Source of the DNA: Escherichia coli
GTDB taxonomy: Bacteria > Pseudomonadota > Gammaproteobacteria > Enterobacterales > Enterobacteriaceae
DNA: 64,000 nt
NCBI RefSeq assembly: GCF_024223415.1
Contig: NZ_CP100500.1
Strand: one strand, 5' to 3'
Under the pieces are notes generated by a model that had not been told where the DNA came from, ran no database searches, and saw nothing but the letters and a program-made list of their open reading frames with translations. The position numbers and the translations under genes were made by a program. Position 1 is the stretch's first letter, and each line of letters opens with the position of its first letter. Shown here one piece after another: positions 1-10,049 of the stretch.

Positions 1-737
1 TGCTGAACACACTTTCGCAGCAGGCGTTTGGTGAACGCTGGCTATCGACGCAGGAAAGTAACGCGTTGTTCCTGGCTGCCCGTACGATTCAGGATTTACC
101 AGGTAAATGGCAGGCGCAAACCTCTTTCTCAACTGAGCCGCTGACAGGCGAGAAAGCGCAAAACAGCAATCTGAATAGCGATCAACTTGCCACCTTGCAG
201 GTGACCAACAGTGGCGAGCAGCCGTTATGGCTGCGTGTGGATGCCAGCGGTTATCCGCAATCCGCACCTTTACCGGCGAACAATGTGCTGCAAATTGAGC
301 GTCATATTCTTGGTACTGATGGTAAGAGCAAATCGCTGGACTCGTTACGTAGCGGCGATCTGGTGCTGGTCTGGTTGCAGGTAAAAGCCAGTAACAGCGT
401 GCCGGATGCGTTAGTCGTGGATCTGCTGCCTGCGGGTCTGGAACTGGAAAACCAGAATCTGGCGAACGGTAGCGCCAGCCTGGAGCAAAGTGGTGGCGAA
501 GTGCAGAACTTACTGAACCAGATGCAGCAGGCGAGTATTAAGCACATTGAGTTCCGTGACGATCGCTTTGTGGCGGCGGTTGCCGTTGATGAATACCAAC
601 CGGTAACGCTGGTGTATCTGGCGCGGGCGGTGACGCCGGGAACGTATCAGGTACCGCAACCGATGGTGGAATCAATGTATGTTCCCCAATGGCGGGCGAC
701 CGGCGCGGCTGAAGATTTGCTGATTGTCAGACCGTAA
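1..737 (+). CDS. yfhM: C-terminal portion of alpha-2-macroglobulin family lipoprotein YfhM; 5' end lies outside the window
   Basis: Open frame runs from the window edge to the stop at 735-737; the C-terminal sequence is recognised as YfhM and pbpC follows immediately, as in the yfhM-pbpC operon. Confidence 0.8.
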   Translation, partial: LNTLSQQAFGERWLSTQESNALFLAARTIQDLPGKWQAQTSFSTEPLTGEKAQNSNLNSDQLATLQVTNSGEQPLWLRVDASGYPQSAPLPANNVLQIERHILGTDGKSKSLDSLRSGDLVLVWLQVKASNSVPDALVVDLLPAGLELENQNLANGSASLEQSGGEVQNLLNQMQQASIKHIEFRDDRFVAAVAVDEYQPVTLVYLARAVTPGTYQVPQPMVESMYVPQWRATGAAEDLLIVRP

Positions 738-3050
738 ATGCCTCGCTTGTTAACCAAACGCGGCTGCTGGATAACGCTGGCAGCTGCGCCCTTTCTCCTT
801 TTTCTTGCAGCGTGGGGAGCAGATAAACTCTGGCCTCTACCGCTGCATGAAGTCAATCCCGCACGAGTGGTCGTGGCGCAGGATGGTACGCCGCTCTGGC
901 GCTTCGCCGATGCTGACGGCATCTGGCGTTATCCTGTAACAATCGAAGATGTTTCTCCACGTTACCTTGAAGCGCTGATCAATTATGAAGATCGCTGGTT
1001 CTGGAAGCATCCGGGGGTGAATCCATTCTCGGTGGCGCGCGCAGCATGGCAAGATCTCACTTCGGGACGGGTTATTTCCGGTGGCAGCACGCTCACTATG
1101 CAGGTTGCTCGTCTGCTTGATCCTCACCCCAAAACATTTGGCGGCAAAATTCGCCAGCTCTGGCGCGCGTTGCAACTGGAGTGGCATTTGTCTAAGCGTG
1201 AAATTCTGACCTTGTATCTTAACCGCGCTCCGTTTGGCGGTACGTTGCAGGGGATCGGTGCGGCAAGTTGGGCTTATCTCGGAAAGTCGCCTGCGAATTT
1301 AAGCTATTCCGAGGCGGCAATGCTGGCGGTTTTGCCGCAAGCGCCCAGCCGTCTTCGCCCGGATCGTTGGCCGGAGCGTGCCGAAGCCGCGCGTAATAAA
1401 GTGCTCGAACGGATGGCCGTGCAAGGTGTGTGGTCCCGTGAGCAGGTAAAAGAGTCAAGGGAAGAACCCATCTGGCTGGCACCCCGACAAATGCCGCAAC
1501 TTGCACCGCTGTTTTCGCGCATGATGCTCGGTAAAAGCAAAAGCGACAAAATCGTTACTACGCTGGATGCCGGTCTTCAACGACGTCTGGAAGAACTGGC
1601 GCAAAACTGGAAAGGACGTTTACCACCGCGCAGCTCACTGGCGATGATCGTGGTTGATCATACCGATATGCGTGTTCGCGGCTGGGTGGGATCGGTAGAT
1701 CTCAACGATGATTCACGCTTTGGTCATGTTGATATGGTCAATGCGATCCGATCGCCAGGGTCGGTGCTCAAACCGTTTGTTTACGGTCTGGCGCTGGATG
1801 AAGGCTTGATCCACCCGGCATCACTGCTGCAAGACGTCCCCCGGCGCACCGGTGATTATCGACCAGGTAACTTTGATAGCGGTTTTCATGGCCCGATCAG
1901 CATGAGCGAGGCGCTGGTGCGCTCGCTGAATTTACCTGCTGTGCAGGTACTGGAAGCCTATGGACCGAAACGGTTTGCGGCAAAGTTACGCAATGTTGGA
2001 TTGCCGTTATATTTGCCCAACGGTGCTGCGCCGAATCTTTCGCTCATTCTCGGCGGCGCTGGTGCAAAACTGGAAGATATGGCGGCAGCGTATACCGCGT
2101 TTGCTCGCCACGGCAAGGCAGGCAAATTGCGCTTACAGCCTGACGATCCGCTGCTTGAACGGCCTTTAATATCGTCGGGGGCTGCGTGGATCATTCGCCG
2201 GATTATGGCTGATGAAGCGCAACCCTTGCCGGATGGTGCCTTGCCGCGTGTCGCTCCACTGGCATGGAAAACGGGCACCAGCTATGGCTATCGTGACGCC
2301 TGGGCGATTGGGGTTAACGCTCGCTATGTCATTGGGATCTGGACTGGCAGACCGGACGGCACGCCCGTTGTTGGTCAGTTTGGTTTTGCCAGCGCCGTAC
2401 CATTGTTGAATCAGGTCAATAATATCTTACTGTCGCGCAGTGCTAATCTGCCGGAAGACCCGCGCCCGAACTCAGTCACTCGTGGCGTTATCTGCTGGCC
2501 GGGCGGACAGTCTTTGCCGGAAGGTGACGGTAACTGTCGCCGCCGCCTGGCAACCTGGCTGCTGGACGGGAGTCAGCCGCCAACTCTATTACTGCCGGAG
2601 CAGGAAGGCATTAATGGCATTCGTTTCCCCATCTGGCTGGATGAAAATGGCAAACGTGTTGCCGCTGATTGCCCGCAAGCGCGACAAGAAATGATAAATG
2701 TCTGGCCGCTACCGCTGGAACCCTGGTTGCCCGCATCAGAACGTCGCGCTGTGCGCTTACCACCGGCCTCGACAATTTGCCCGCCATACGGTCACGATGC
2801 CCAGCTCCCGCTGCAGCTGACAGGCGTTCGCGATGGCGAGATTATTAAACGTTTACCGGGCGCAGCGGAAGCGACTTTGCCGTTGCAATCAAGTGGAGGG
2901 GCAGGTGAACGCTGGTGGTTTCTGAATGGCGAACCGTTAACTGAACGCGGGCGCAACGTGACCCTGCATTTGACGGATAAAGGTGATTATCAATTGCTGG
3001 TGATGGATGACGTAGGGCAAATCGCGTCAGTACATTTTTCATTTCAGTGA
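738..3050 (+). CDS. pbpC: Penicillin-binding protein 1C (peptidoglycan glycosyltransferase)
   Basis: 770-aa ORF with ATG at 738 directly after the yfhM stop; length and sequence match PbpC. Confidence 0.9.
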   Translation: MPRLLTKRGCWITLAAAPFLLFLAAWGADKLWPLPLHEVNPARVVVAQDGTPLWRFADADGIWRYPVTIEDVSPRYLEALINYEDRWFWKHPGVNPFSVARAAWQDLTSGRVISGGSTLTMQVARLLDPHPKTFGGKIRQLWRALQLEWHLSKREILTLYLNRAPFGGTLQGIGAASWAYLGKSPANLSYSEAAMLAVLPQAPSRLRPDRWPERAEAARNKVLERMAVQGVWSREQVKESREEPIWLAPRQMPQLAPLFSRMMLGKSKSDKIVTTLDAGLQRRLEELAQNWKGRLPPRSSLAMIVVDHTDMRVRGWVGSVDLNDDSRFGHVDMVNAIRSPGSVLKPFVYGLALDEGLIHPASLLQDVPRRTGDYRPGNFDSGFHGPISMSEALVRSLNLPAVQVLEAYGPKRFAAKLRNVGLPLYLPNGAAPNLSLILGGAGAKLEDMAAAYTAFARHGKAGKLRLQPDDPLLERPLISSGAAWIIRRIMADEAQPLPDGALPRVAPLAWKTGTSYGYRDAWAIGVNARYVIGIWTGRPDGTPVVGQFGFASAVPLLNQVNNILLSRSANLPEDPRPNSVTRGVICWPGGQSLPEGDGNCRRRLATWLLDGSQPPTLLLPEQEGINGIRFPIWLDENGKRVAADCPQARQEMINVWPLPLEPWLPASERRAVRLPPASTICPPYGHDAQLPLQLTGVRDGEIIKRLPGAAEATLPLQSSGGAGERWWFLNGEPLTERGRNVTLHLTDKGDYQLLVMDDVGQIASVHFSFQ

Positions 3051-3144
3051 AATATACAAAATATTTATTAATCTAATTATGGTATTTATATTTGGAATGC
3101 ATTAATAATTTAATAATCTCACGTTTTTTTAAACGACTAATTAT

Positions 3145-3158
3145 TTGATTGTTATCAG
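3145..3158 (+). promoter_or_regulatory. Putative FNR binding site TTGAT-tgtt-ATCAg upstream of the DmsA-like operon
   Basis: 9 of 10 matches to the FNR consensus TTGATnnnnATCAA, centred about 62 nt upstream of the ATG at 3214 in an AT-rich intergenic region. Confidence 0.5.
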
Positions 3159-3213
3159 CATTGTTCTCGAATAAATACGTGAATATTTATTTTTTCATTT
3201 TCGGGAACGCAAG

Positions 3214-5595
3214 ATGGATACGCCAGACGAAAAGGAACGCATTACATTTCCGCAAGTATCACGACGTAGTTTTTTACAAGCGACTTCCGCGCTTATCACT
3301 TTGCCTTTTATTTCTTCTACCGCAAAGGCGCAATCCCCAGATGCGTCGCCAGAAGTTACAGCTCCAGTAGCTGATAAAGTCGTGCCCACCTGTAGCACAT
3401 TTGACTGCGGTGGTAAGTGCGATATTCGGGCGCATATGCGCGACGGCGTGGTGACGCAAATTACCACACTTCCCGATAACGAACTCGATTCACAAATGCC
3501 GATTATGCGCGCCTGTGTTCGTGGTCGCGGCTATCGTAAATTTGTTTATCATCCTGACCGTTTGAAATATCCGATGAAGCGGGTAGGTAAACGAGGGGAG
3601 GGAAGATTTGAGCGTATCTCATGGGATGAGGCGACGACCTTAATTGCCGATAAACTGAAAAGGATCACGCAACAATATGGCCCGGCTTCACGTTATGTCC
3701 ATGTCGGGACGGCTGTTTCTGGTGGAACATTTTCTGGCGATGCGATGGCGCGTCGGCTGTTAAATTTAACCGGTGGTTATCTTGAATATTATCACTCAGT
3801 TAGTCTGGGTAATACTGCGGCCGCCACGCCTTACACGTATGGCGTGGCGGCCAGCGGTAACTCGATGGATACTCTTCTGGATACCAAACTGGTGATCCTC
3901 TGGGGGCATAACCCAACGGAAACCATATTCGGTCACACCAATTACTATTTTCAAAAAATGAAGCAAAACGGTACACGTTTTATCGTGGTGGATCCGCGCT
4001 ATTCCGACACCGTATCTTCACTTGCCGATCAGTGGATCCCGCTGTTGCCGACCACGGACAATGCGTTGATGGACGCGATGATGTACGTCATTATCAGCGA
4101 GAATCTCCACGATAAGACATTTATCGACACATATATTCTCGGTTTTGATGAAAACTCTATGCCAGAAGGCGTACCAGCCAACGAATCGTTGGTTGCCTAC
4201 CTTTTTGGCGCAAAAGATGGGATACACAAAACGCCGGAATGGGCAGAAAAAATTACCCACGTTCCAGCACAATCCATTCGTCAACTGGCACGCGATTACG
4301 CCACTACAAAACCCGCAGCGTTGATTCAGGGATGGGGGCCACAGCGACATATTTGCGGCGAACGCACCGCCCGAGGTTCAACTTTACTGGCCTCGATTAC
4401 CGGTAACGTCGGCATCAAAGGTGGCTGGGCGGCAGGTTACGGCGGTAGTTCTAATCGTAAATTCTGCGTTGGACCAGATATGCCAGAAAATCCGGTACAA
4501 GCGAAAATCTCGATTATGAACTGGATGCAGGCGGCGGATGATGCTTCTAAAGTTACGCCGCAAGATGGGCTTAAAGGTGTCGATAAACTCGACAGTAATA
4601 TCCGCCTGCTGTTCTCACTGGCAGGTAATTATCTGGCGAACCAGAACCCGGACGTCCACCAGGCCGCGAAGCTCCTTGAAGACGAATCTAAAATAGAATT
4701 CATCGTACTCAGCGATCTGTTCATGACTCCGAGCGCGAAATATGCCGATGTGTTGCTGCCGGAAACCAGCTTTATGGAACGCTGGAATATCGGCGAAACA
4801 TGGGGAACTGCGAGCTATCTTATTCTGTCAGAAAAACTGATTGAGCCGGATTTTGAACGTCGCACCGATTATGACTGGTTGCGTGACGTGGCGAAAAAAC
4901 TGGGTGTCGAAGCCGAGTTCAGTCAAGGACGTGATGAGAAGCAATGGATCGAGCATATCTGGGAGCAAACTCGTCTGGCGATGCCGGATGAAAATTTGCC
5001 GGACTTCGCGACCCTGCAAAAAACACGTCGACATCTTTTCAAAAGCGCGCCGCACATCGCTTTCGAAGCAAATATTCGCGATCCGCAGAATAATCCTTTC
5101 CCGACGCCTTCCGGCAAAATTGAGATCTTCTCTAAGCGTCTTTTTGATATGCAAGATCCAGAAATTCCCGCGCTTTCGCACTATGTCCCTGCCTTTGAAG
5201 GGCCAGAAGATAAACTGACGGCGAAATACCCGCTGCAGCTCATCACCTGGAAAGGGAAAAACCGTGCTAATTCCACCCAGTATGCTAACCCGTGGCTGCA
5301 AGAAGTTCAGACGCAAAAACTCTGGCTGAATCCGCAAGATGCAAAACAGCGCGGGATTAGCGAAGGAGATAGCGTAAAAATTTATAACGATCGTGGTGTG
5401 AGCATTATCCCGGTGGAAATAACCCCCCGTATCATCCCTGGCGTAGTTGCTATGCAGGCGGGGGCATGGTGGCAACCGGATGCACAAGGTATCGATCGCG
5501 GAGGCTGTGCCAATGTACTGAGTTCGACCCGCATTACGGCGCTGGCGAAAGGGAATTCGCATCAAACAATGCTGGTGGAGGTTGAGAAAGCATGA
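3214..5595 (+). CDS. Tat-exported molybdopterin oxidoreductase catalytic subunit, DMSO reductase family (DmsA/YnfE-like), substrate unknown
   Basis: 793-aa ORF with twin-arginine motif SRRSFLQ near the N-terminus, then a CxxxxCxxxC...C cysteine cluster typical of DmsA-type FeS sites; stop overlaps the next start (ATGA at 5592-5595). Confidence 0.85.
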   Translation: MDTPDEKERITFPQVSRRSFLQATSALITLPFISSTAKAQSPDASPEVTAPVADKVVPTCSTFDCGGKCDIRAHMRDGVVTQITTLPDNELDSQMPIMRACVRGRGYRKFVYHPDRLKYPMKRVGKRGEGRFERISWDEATTLIADKLKRITQQYGPASRYVHVGTAVSGGTFSGDAMARRLLNLTGGYLEYYHSVSLGNTAAATPYTYGVAASGNSMDTLLDTKLVILWGHNPTETIFGHTNYYFQKMKQNGTRFIVVDPRYSDTVSSLADQWIPLLPTTDNALMDAMMYVIISENLHDKTFIDTYILGFDENSMPEGVPANESLVAYLFGAKDGIHKTPEWAEKITHVPAQSIRQLARDYATTKPAALIQGWGPQRHICGERTARGSTLLASITGNVGIKGGWAAGYGGSSNRKFCVGPDMPENPVQAKISIMNWMQAADDASKVTPQDGLKGVDKLDSNIRLLFSLAGNYLANQNPDVHQAAKLLEDESKIEFIVLSDLFMTPSAKYADVLLPETSFMERWNIGETWGTASYLILSEKLIEPDFERRTDYDWLRDVAKKLGVEAEFSQGRDEKQWIEHIWEQTRLAMPDENLPDFATLQKTRRHLFKSAPHIAFEANIRDPQNNPFPTPSGKIEIFSKRLFDMQDPEIPALSHYVPAFEGPEDKLTAKYPLQLITWKGKNRANSTQYANPWLQEVQTQKLWLNPQDAKQRGISEGDSVKIYNDRGVSIIPVEITPRIIPGVVAMQAGAWWQPDAQGIDRGGCANVLSSTRITALAKGNSHQTMLVEVEKA

Positions 5596-6221
5596 GCCAA
5601 TTTAAAGAATTTGCATCTGTCAGCGACAAACAATTAGGGTTCTTTATTGACTCTTCGCGTTGTTCGGGCTGTAAAGCGTGTCAGGTGGCCTGTAAAGACA
5701 AAAACAACCTTGAGGTTGGGCGACGTTTTCGCCGCGTGTATGAAGTGAACGGCGGTGGCTTCATCGCCACTGGAGAGGGCGGTGTGAGTCATAATGTCTT
5801 TGCTTATACCCTTTCTGTTTCCTGTAACCATTGCGCGGATCCGATCTGTACCAAAAATTGCCCGACGATAGCGATGCATAAGCGTCCCGGAGACGGCATT
5901 GTGCGCGTGAATACTGATAAGTGCGTCGGTTGCGGTTACTGCGCCTGGTCCTGTCCTTACGGCGCACCACAAATGAATGAGCAGACCGGGCAGATGTCGA
6001 AATGCGATTTCTGTATTGATCTGCAAGCTAAAGGAGAACAACCCATTTGCGTGGCAACGTGCCCGTTGGGGGCGATTAAGTTCGGCCCTATTGATGAGTT
6101 GCGTGAAAAGTATGGCGATGTCAGTGATGTGAAAGGTTTACCTGATTCGTCGATTACGCAGCCAAATCTGGTGATTAAACCGCATCAGGGCGCGGAAAAG
6201 GAGGCGTCACATCATGCATGA
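5592..6221 (+). CDS. Four-cluster 4Fe-4S ferredoxin electron-transfer subunit (DmsB-like)
   Basis: 209-aa ORF with several CxxCxxCxxxCP motifs; translationally coupled to both neighbours. Confidence 0.85.
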   Translation: MSQFKEFASVSDKQLGFFIDSSRCSGCKACQVACKDKNNLEVGRRFRRVYEVNGGGFIATGEGGVSHNVFAYTLSVSCNHCADPICTKNCPTIAMHKRPGDGIVRVNTDKCVGCGYCAWSCPYGAPQMNEQTGQMSKCDFCIDLQAKGEQPICVATCPLGAIKFGPIDELREKYGDVSDVKGLPDSSITQPNLVIKPHQGAEKEASHHA

Positions 6222-7035
6222 ATTACCGTTAATGGCTTTTACGCTGTTGTTACAGGCATCGGTCGGTATGACGTTGTGGCTGGCGTTTCTTCATCGTCAT
6301 ATTTTAATCACCTCCAGCGCCCGCCCGGTTATGCGGCCGCCATTACTGTTGGCTTTTTTGGCAGGTGCCGTAGGGTTACTAATTTCTACCTTACATCTGG
6401 GTTATCCACTTAATGCGATGCATGCGCTAAGCCACTTTTCCAGTTCATGGCTGAGTCGGGAAATTATCTTTGGTGCGCTGTATCTGGCGCTATTGGGTTT
6501 ATCCACATTACTGGTCATGTTACGCAAAGGCGGCTGGCAACTCCTGCTTATGCTAGCGGCAGTGGTCGGGATTGTTGATGTTTTCTGCATGGCGCAAGTT
6601 TACATCCATACGTCGATTATCACCTGGCAGCATTACAACACACTGATTATGTTCTTAGGTACAGTGGGAATTCTCGGTTCAGCGCTGGTAGCAGTGTTTC
6701 GTATTAGCGGAATTTTGCCGCAGATTGATGCCCTGCGTAATGGATGCGTGTTGGTGATCGCTCTCCTGGTTCTGTTGCGTTTGTTGGTTCAGCCGTTGTG
6801 GATAGGGGATTTAACGGCAAATGCGATGCAGATAGCCACATTGCCACATGCGCCATTAGCGATGCTGGGACAGTTAAAACCCATACTGACACTAAGCTGG
6901 GGAATTTCCGTCATTGGGATGATGTTCTTTGCTGTCGGTGGTTGTAAAAAGAATATCCCGGCGGCGTTATTCGGTAGCGTAATGCTAGTGGGGAGTGAAG
7001 TTATGCTGCGTTTTGTCTTTTTTAGTATCGGCTAA
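6214..7035 (+). CDS. Polytopic membrane anchor subunit (DmsC-like)
   Basis: 273-aa highly hydrophobic ORF, overlaps the upstream gene by 8 nt and the downstream gene by 1 nt (TAATG); position matches the DmsC role. Confidence 0.7.
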   Translation: MHELPLMAFTLLLQASVGMTLWLAFLHRHILITSSARPVMRPPLLLAFLAGAVGLLISTLHLGYPLNAMHALSHFSSSWLSREIIFGALYLALLGLSTLLVMLRKGGWQLLLMLAAVVGIVDVFCMAQVYIHTSIITWQHYNTLIMFLGTVGILGSALVAVFRISGILPQIDALRNGCVLVIALLVLLRLLVQPLWIGDLTANAMQIATLPHAPLAMLGQLKPILTLSWGISVIGMMFFAVGGCKKNIPAALFGSVMLVGSEVMLRFVFFSIG

Positions 7036-7889
7036 TGTTAAGTCATAACATAACGATTGGCGCGGAATGCGCGCGCCAACGCTTTCGTTTTGCAACATGT
7101 CATGCCTGTGTCGAGGCTTGCCCGGCACAGGCGCTAACGCTGACAGAAGAGGGCATAGCGGTCGACGCGGAACAATGTATTGAGTGTGCGGTTTGCCAGT
7201 TTATTTGTCCGCAAGAGGCTATTCGTGGCGTTAATTCCCCTTTACGTTATTTTCGCAATCACACCCTGGTCGCACCTTTCACCACTATTGCGCCGACGCT
7301 GGAAGAACTTTTGCTATGGCATAAAGAGCAGGGGATCACAGCGATCGCGATTGATCTGAGTCAGGCGAAGGCATGGGAGCGCGCATTATTGCTGTTAAAC
7401 GAACGCTTACGGCAATATGGCGAGGAAGGCTGGTCTGTGGTATCTCCACATACCAGTGAGGTGAATGTTTCCCGGCGTCGTTTGTTCCATGTGCAGCGTG
7501 CGGATGTTCAGATGATACAAATACAACCAGGATTACGTCGGTTACATTATTTTTGGCCCCAGATTAGTGATGCTCGCCCGATGATGGATCCTCAAAAGTG
7601 TCAGCTTTGCGGTGCATGCTGGCGGGCCTGCGAGCAACAGGTCTTTTCGCTTAACGAAGGCCATTTACAAATCAATGATGCCTTGTGTAACGGATGCCAA
7701 AATTGTATTGCTGTTTGTTTTCATCAGGCAATGACCGTTGAATTGACAATTCTACCTGCAAAAATTGTGAATCTTCATGCTAATCGCAAAGTCTGTAAAA
7801 CCTGTCAAAAATCCTTTCTTACTTTTCAGCAAAATGCGCAAAATTGTCTTTATTGCCAACGTCATCGCTATGGGATGAGAGCACCATAA
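7035..7889 (+). CDS. Cytoplasmic ferredoxin-like protein with four Cys clusters and a C-terminal CxxC...CxxC pair
   Basis: 284-aa ORF without signal peptide; motifs CHACVEACP, CIECAVCQFICP, CQLCGACWRAC, CNGCQNCIAVC and a terminal CKTC...CLYC; coupled to the anchor gene. Confidence 0.7.
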   Translation: MLSHNITIGAECARQRFRFATCHACVEACPAQALTLTEEGIAVDAEQCIECAVCQFICPQEAIRGVNSPLRYFRNHTLVAPFTTIAPTLEELLLWHKEQGITAIAIDLSQAKAWERALLLLNERLRQYGEEGWSVVSPHTSEVNVSRRRLFHVQRADVQMIQIQPGLRRLHYFWPQISDARPMMDPQKCQLCGACWRACEQQVFSLNEGHLQINDALCNGCQNCIAVCFHQAMTVELTILPAKIVNLHANRKVCKTCQKSFLTFQQNAQNCLYCQRHRYGMRAP

Positions 7890-8029
7890 AAGTCGAGTTG
7901 TTGCTAAAACTCATTTTATTTTAAAAAAATGTTACCTTCATCAATAGTCAACGGCCCTGTTGCTCATTATAATCCGCGCCATCTCGTACGCTGGTACAGA
8001 CAACAACAGAACAATTTACAGAGGTAAAA

Positions 8030-8461
8030 ATGGCTATTGAACGTACTTTTTCCATCATCAAACCGAACGCGGTAGCAAAAAACGTCATTGGTAATATCTT
8101 TGCGCGCTTTGAAGCTGCAGGGTTCAAAATTGTCGGCACCAAAATGCTGCACCTGACCGTTGAACAGGCACGTGGCTTTTATGCTGAACACGATGGAAAA
8201 CCGTTCTTTGATGGTCTGGTTGAATTCATGACCTCTGGCCCGATCGTGGTTTCCGTGCTGGAAGGTGAAAACGCCGTTCAGCGTCACCGCGATCTGCTGG
8301 GCGCGACCAATCCGGCAAACGCACTGGCCGGTACTCTGCGCGCTGATTACGCTGACAGCCTGACCGAAAACGGTACCCACGGTTCTGACTCCGTCGAATC
8401 TGCCGCTCGCGAAATCGCTTATTTCTTCGGCGAAGGCGAAGTGTGCCCGCGCACCCGTTAA
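8030..8461 (+). CDS. ndk: Nucleoside diphosphate kinase
   Basis: 143-aa ORF beginning [15 protein letters not shown], recognised as Ndk. Confidence 0.95.
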
Positions 8462-8522
8462 TAATTTCGTAAATGCCGCGTGCAAACGTGGCATCCGTGC
8501 GCCAGAATTTGTACAATGCAGC

Positions 8523-8563
8523 GCCCCCGGACGAGCAGCCGCTCACCGGGGCGTTTCTTTTTT
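8523..8563 (+). terminator. Putative rho-independent terminator downstream of ndk
   Basis: Inverted repeat CCCCCGG...CCGGGG followed by TTTCTTTTTT. Confidence 0.5.
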
Positions 8564-8610
8564 CAACCCTCCAGGGGCCATAACGTGTAATAACGAGGCC
8601 GGAATAGCAT

Positions 8611-9765
8611 ATGTCTGAACAATTAGTCACACCTGAAAACGTCACCACCAAAGATGGAAAAATCAACCTGCTGGATCTCAATCGTCAGCAGATGCGGGAG
8701 TTTTTTAAAGATTTAGGTGAAAAACCCTTCCGCGCCGATCAGGTGATGAAGTGGATGTATCACTATTGCTGCGACAATTTTGATGAGATGACTGACATCA
8801 ACAAAGTGTTGCGCGGCAAGCTGAAAGAGGTGGCGGAAATCCGCGCACCGGAAGTGGTTGAAGAACAGCGTTCATCTGACGGCACCATTAAATGGGCGAT
8901 TGCCGTGGGTGACCAGCGTGTCGAAACGGTGTACATCCCGGAAGACGACCGCGCTACGCTCTGCGTCTCTTCGCAGGTGGGGTGTGCGCTGGAGTGTAAA
9001 TTCTGTTCCACCGCCCAGCAGGGCTTTAACCGCAACCTGCGGGTGTCGGAAATTATCGGCCAGGTGTGGCGTGCGGCGAAAATCGTCGGCGCAGCAAAAG
9101 TCACCGGTCAGCGCCCAATCACTAACGTAGTGATGATGGGCATGGGCGAGCCGCTGCTCAACCTGAACAACGTCGTTCCGGCGATGGAAATCATGCTTGA
9201 TGATTTCGGTTTTGGCCTGTCTAAACGTCGCGTGACGCTTTCCACTTCCGGTGTAGTTCCAGCGCTGGATAAACTGGGCGATATGATCGATGTTGCGCTG
9301 GCAATTTCCCTGCACGCGCCGAACGACGAAATTCGTGACGAAATTGTGCCGATCAACAAAAAGTACAATATCGAAACGTTCCTTGCTGCGGTGCGCCGTT
9401 ATCTGGAGAAATCCAACGCCAATCAGGGCCGAGTCACTATTGAATACGTGATGCTTGACCACGTTAACGACGGCACTGAACACGCTCACCAACTGGCGGA
9501 ACTGCTGAAAGATACGCCGTGTAAGATCAACCTGATCCCGTGGAACCCGTTCCCGGGCGCACCGTATGGACGCAGCTCGAACAGCCGTATCGACCGTTTC
9601 TCAAAAGTGCTGATGAGCTACGGTTTCACCACTATTGTGCGTAAAACGCGTGGTGATGATATCGATGCTGCCTGTGGTCAGTTGGCGGGCGATGTTATCG
9701 ACCGTACGAAACGTACCCTGCGTAAACGGATGCAGGGTGAAGCCATCGACATTAAAGCGGTCTGA
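8611..9765 (+). CDS. rlmN: 23S rRNA m2A2503 / tRNA m2A37 radical SAM methyltransferase
   Basis: 384-aa ORF recognised as RlmN (YfgB), with the CxxxCxxC radical SAM motif. Confidence 0.95.
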
Positions 9766-9769
9766 TAGC

Positions 9770-9811
9770 CATTACGCCACGGTTACTTTATGTACCGTGG
9801 CGTAATGTTTT
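9770..9811 (+). terminator. Rho-independent terminator after rlmN
   Basis: Perfect 14-bp inverted repeat (cattacgccacggt / accgtggcgtaatg) followed by TTTT. Confidence 0.7.
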
Positions 9812-10049
9812 ATGAATGAAGTATTAAGTTGCAATTGTCTGGTCAATATTAACGGTGCGTTTTTGCTGACTTTAAGGCAGTATGTAACGATGCAACAGTA
9901 AGTTAGCCTTAGTGAATGTGGGCTTTGTCACGAGCACACAGACGGTCTTATACTGTATGATAACGGTTAACTTAACGGATGTTTCGCGGTGTGGGTGAGC
10001 ATGATGGTTCACCGGCATCTCAATTCTCATTTAAACGTACCTGCAGCGA

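Noticed and set aside
4828-5565. 245-aa minus-strand ORF inside the DmsA-like gene
   Set aside because: Antisense to a gene with clear Tat signal and FeS/Mo motifs; no independent support.
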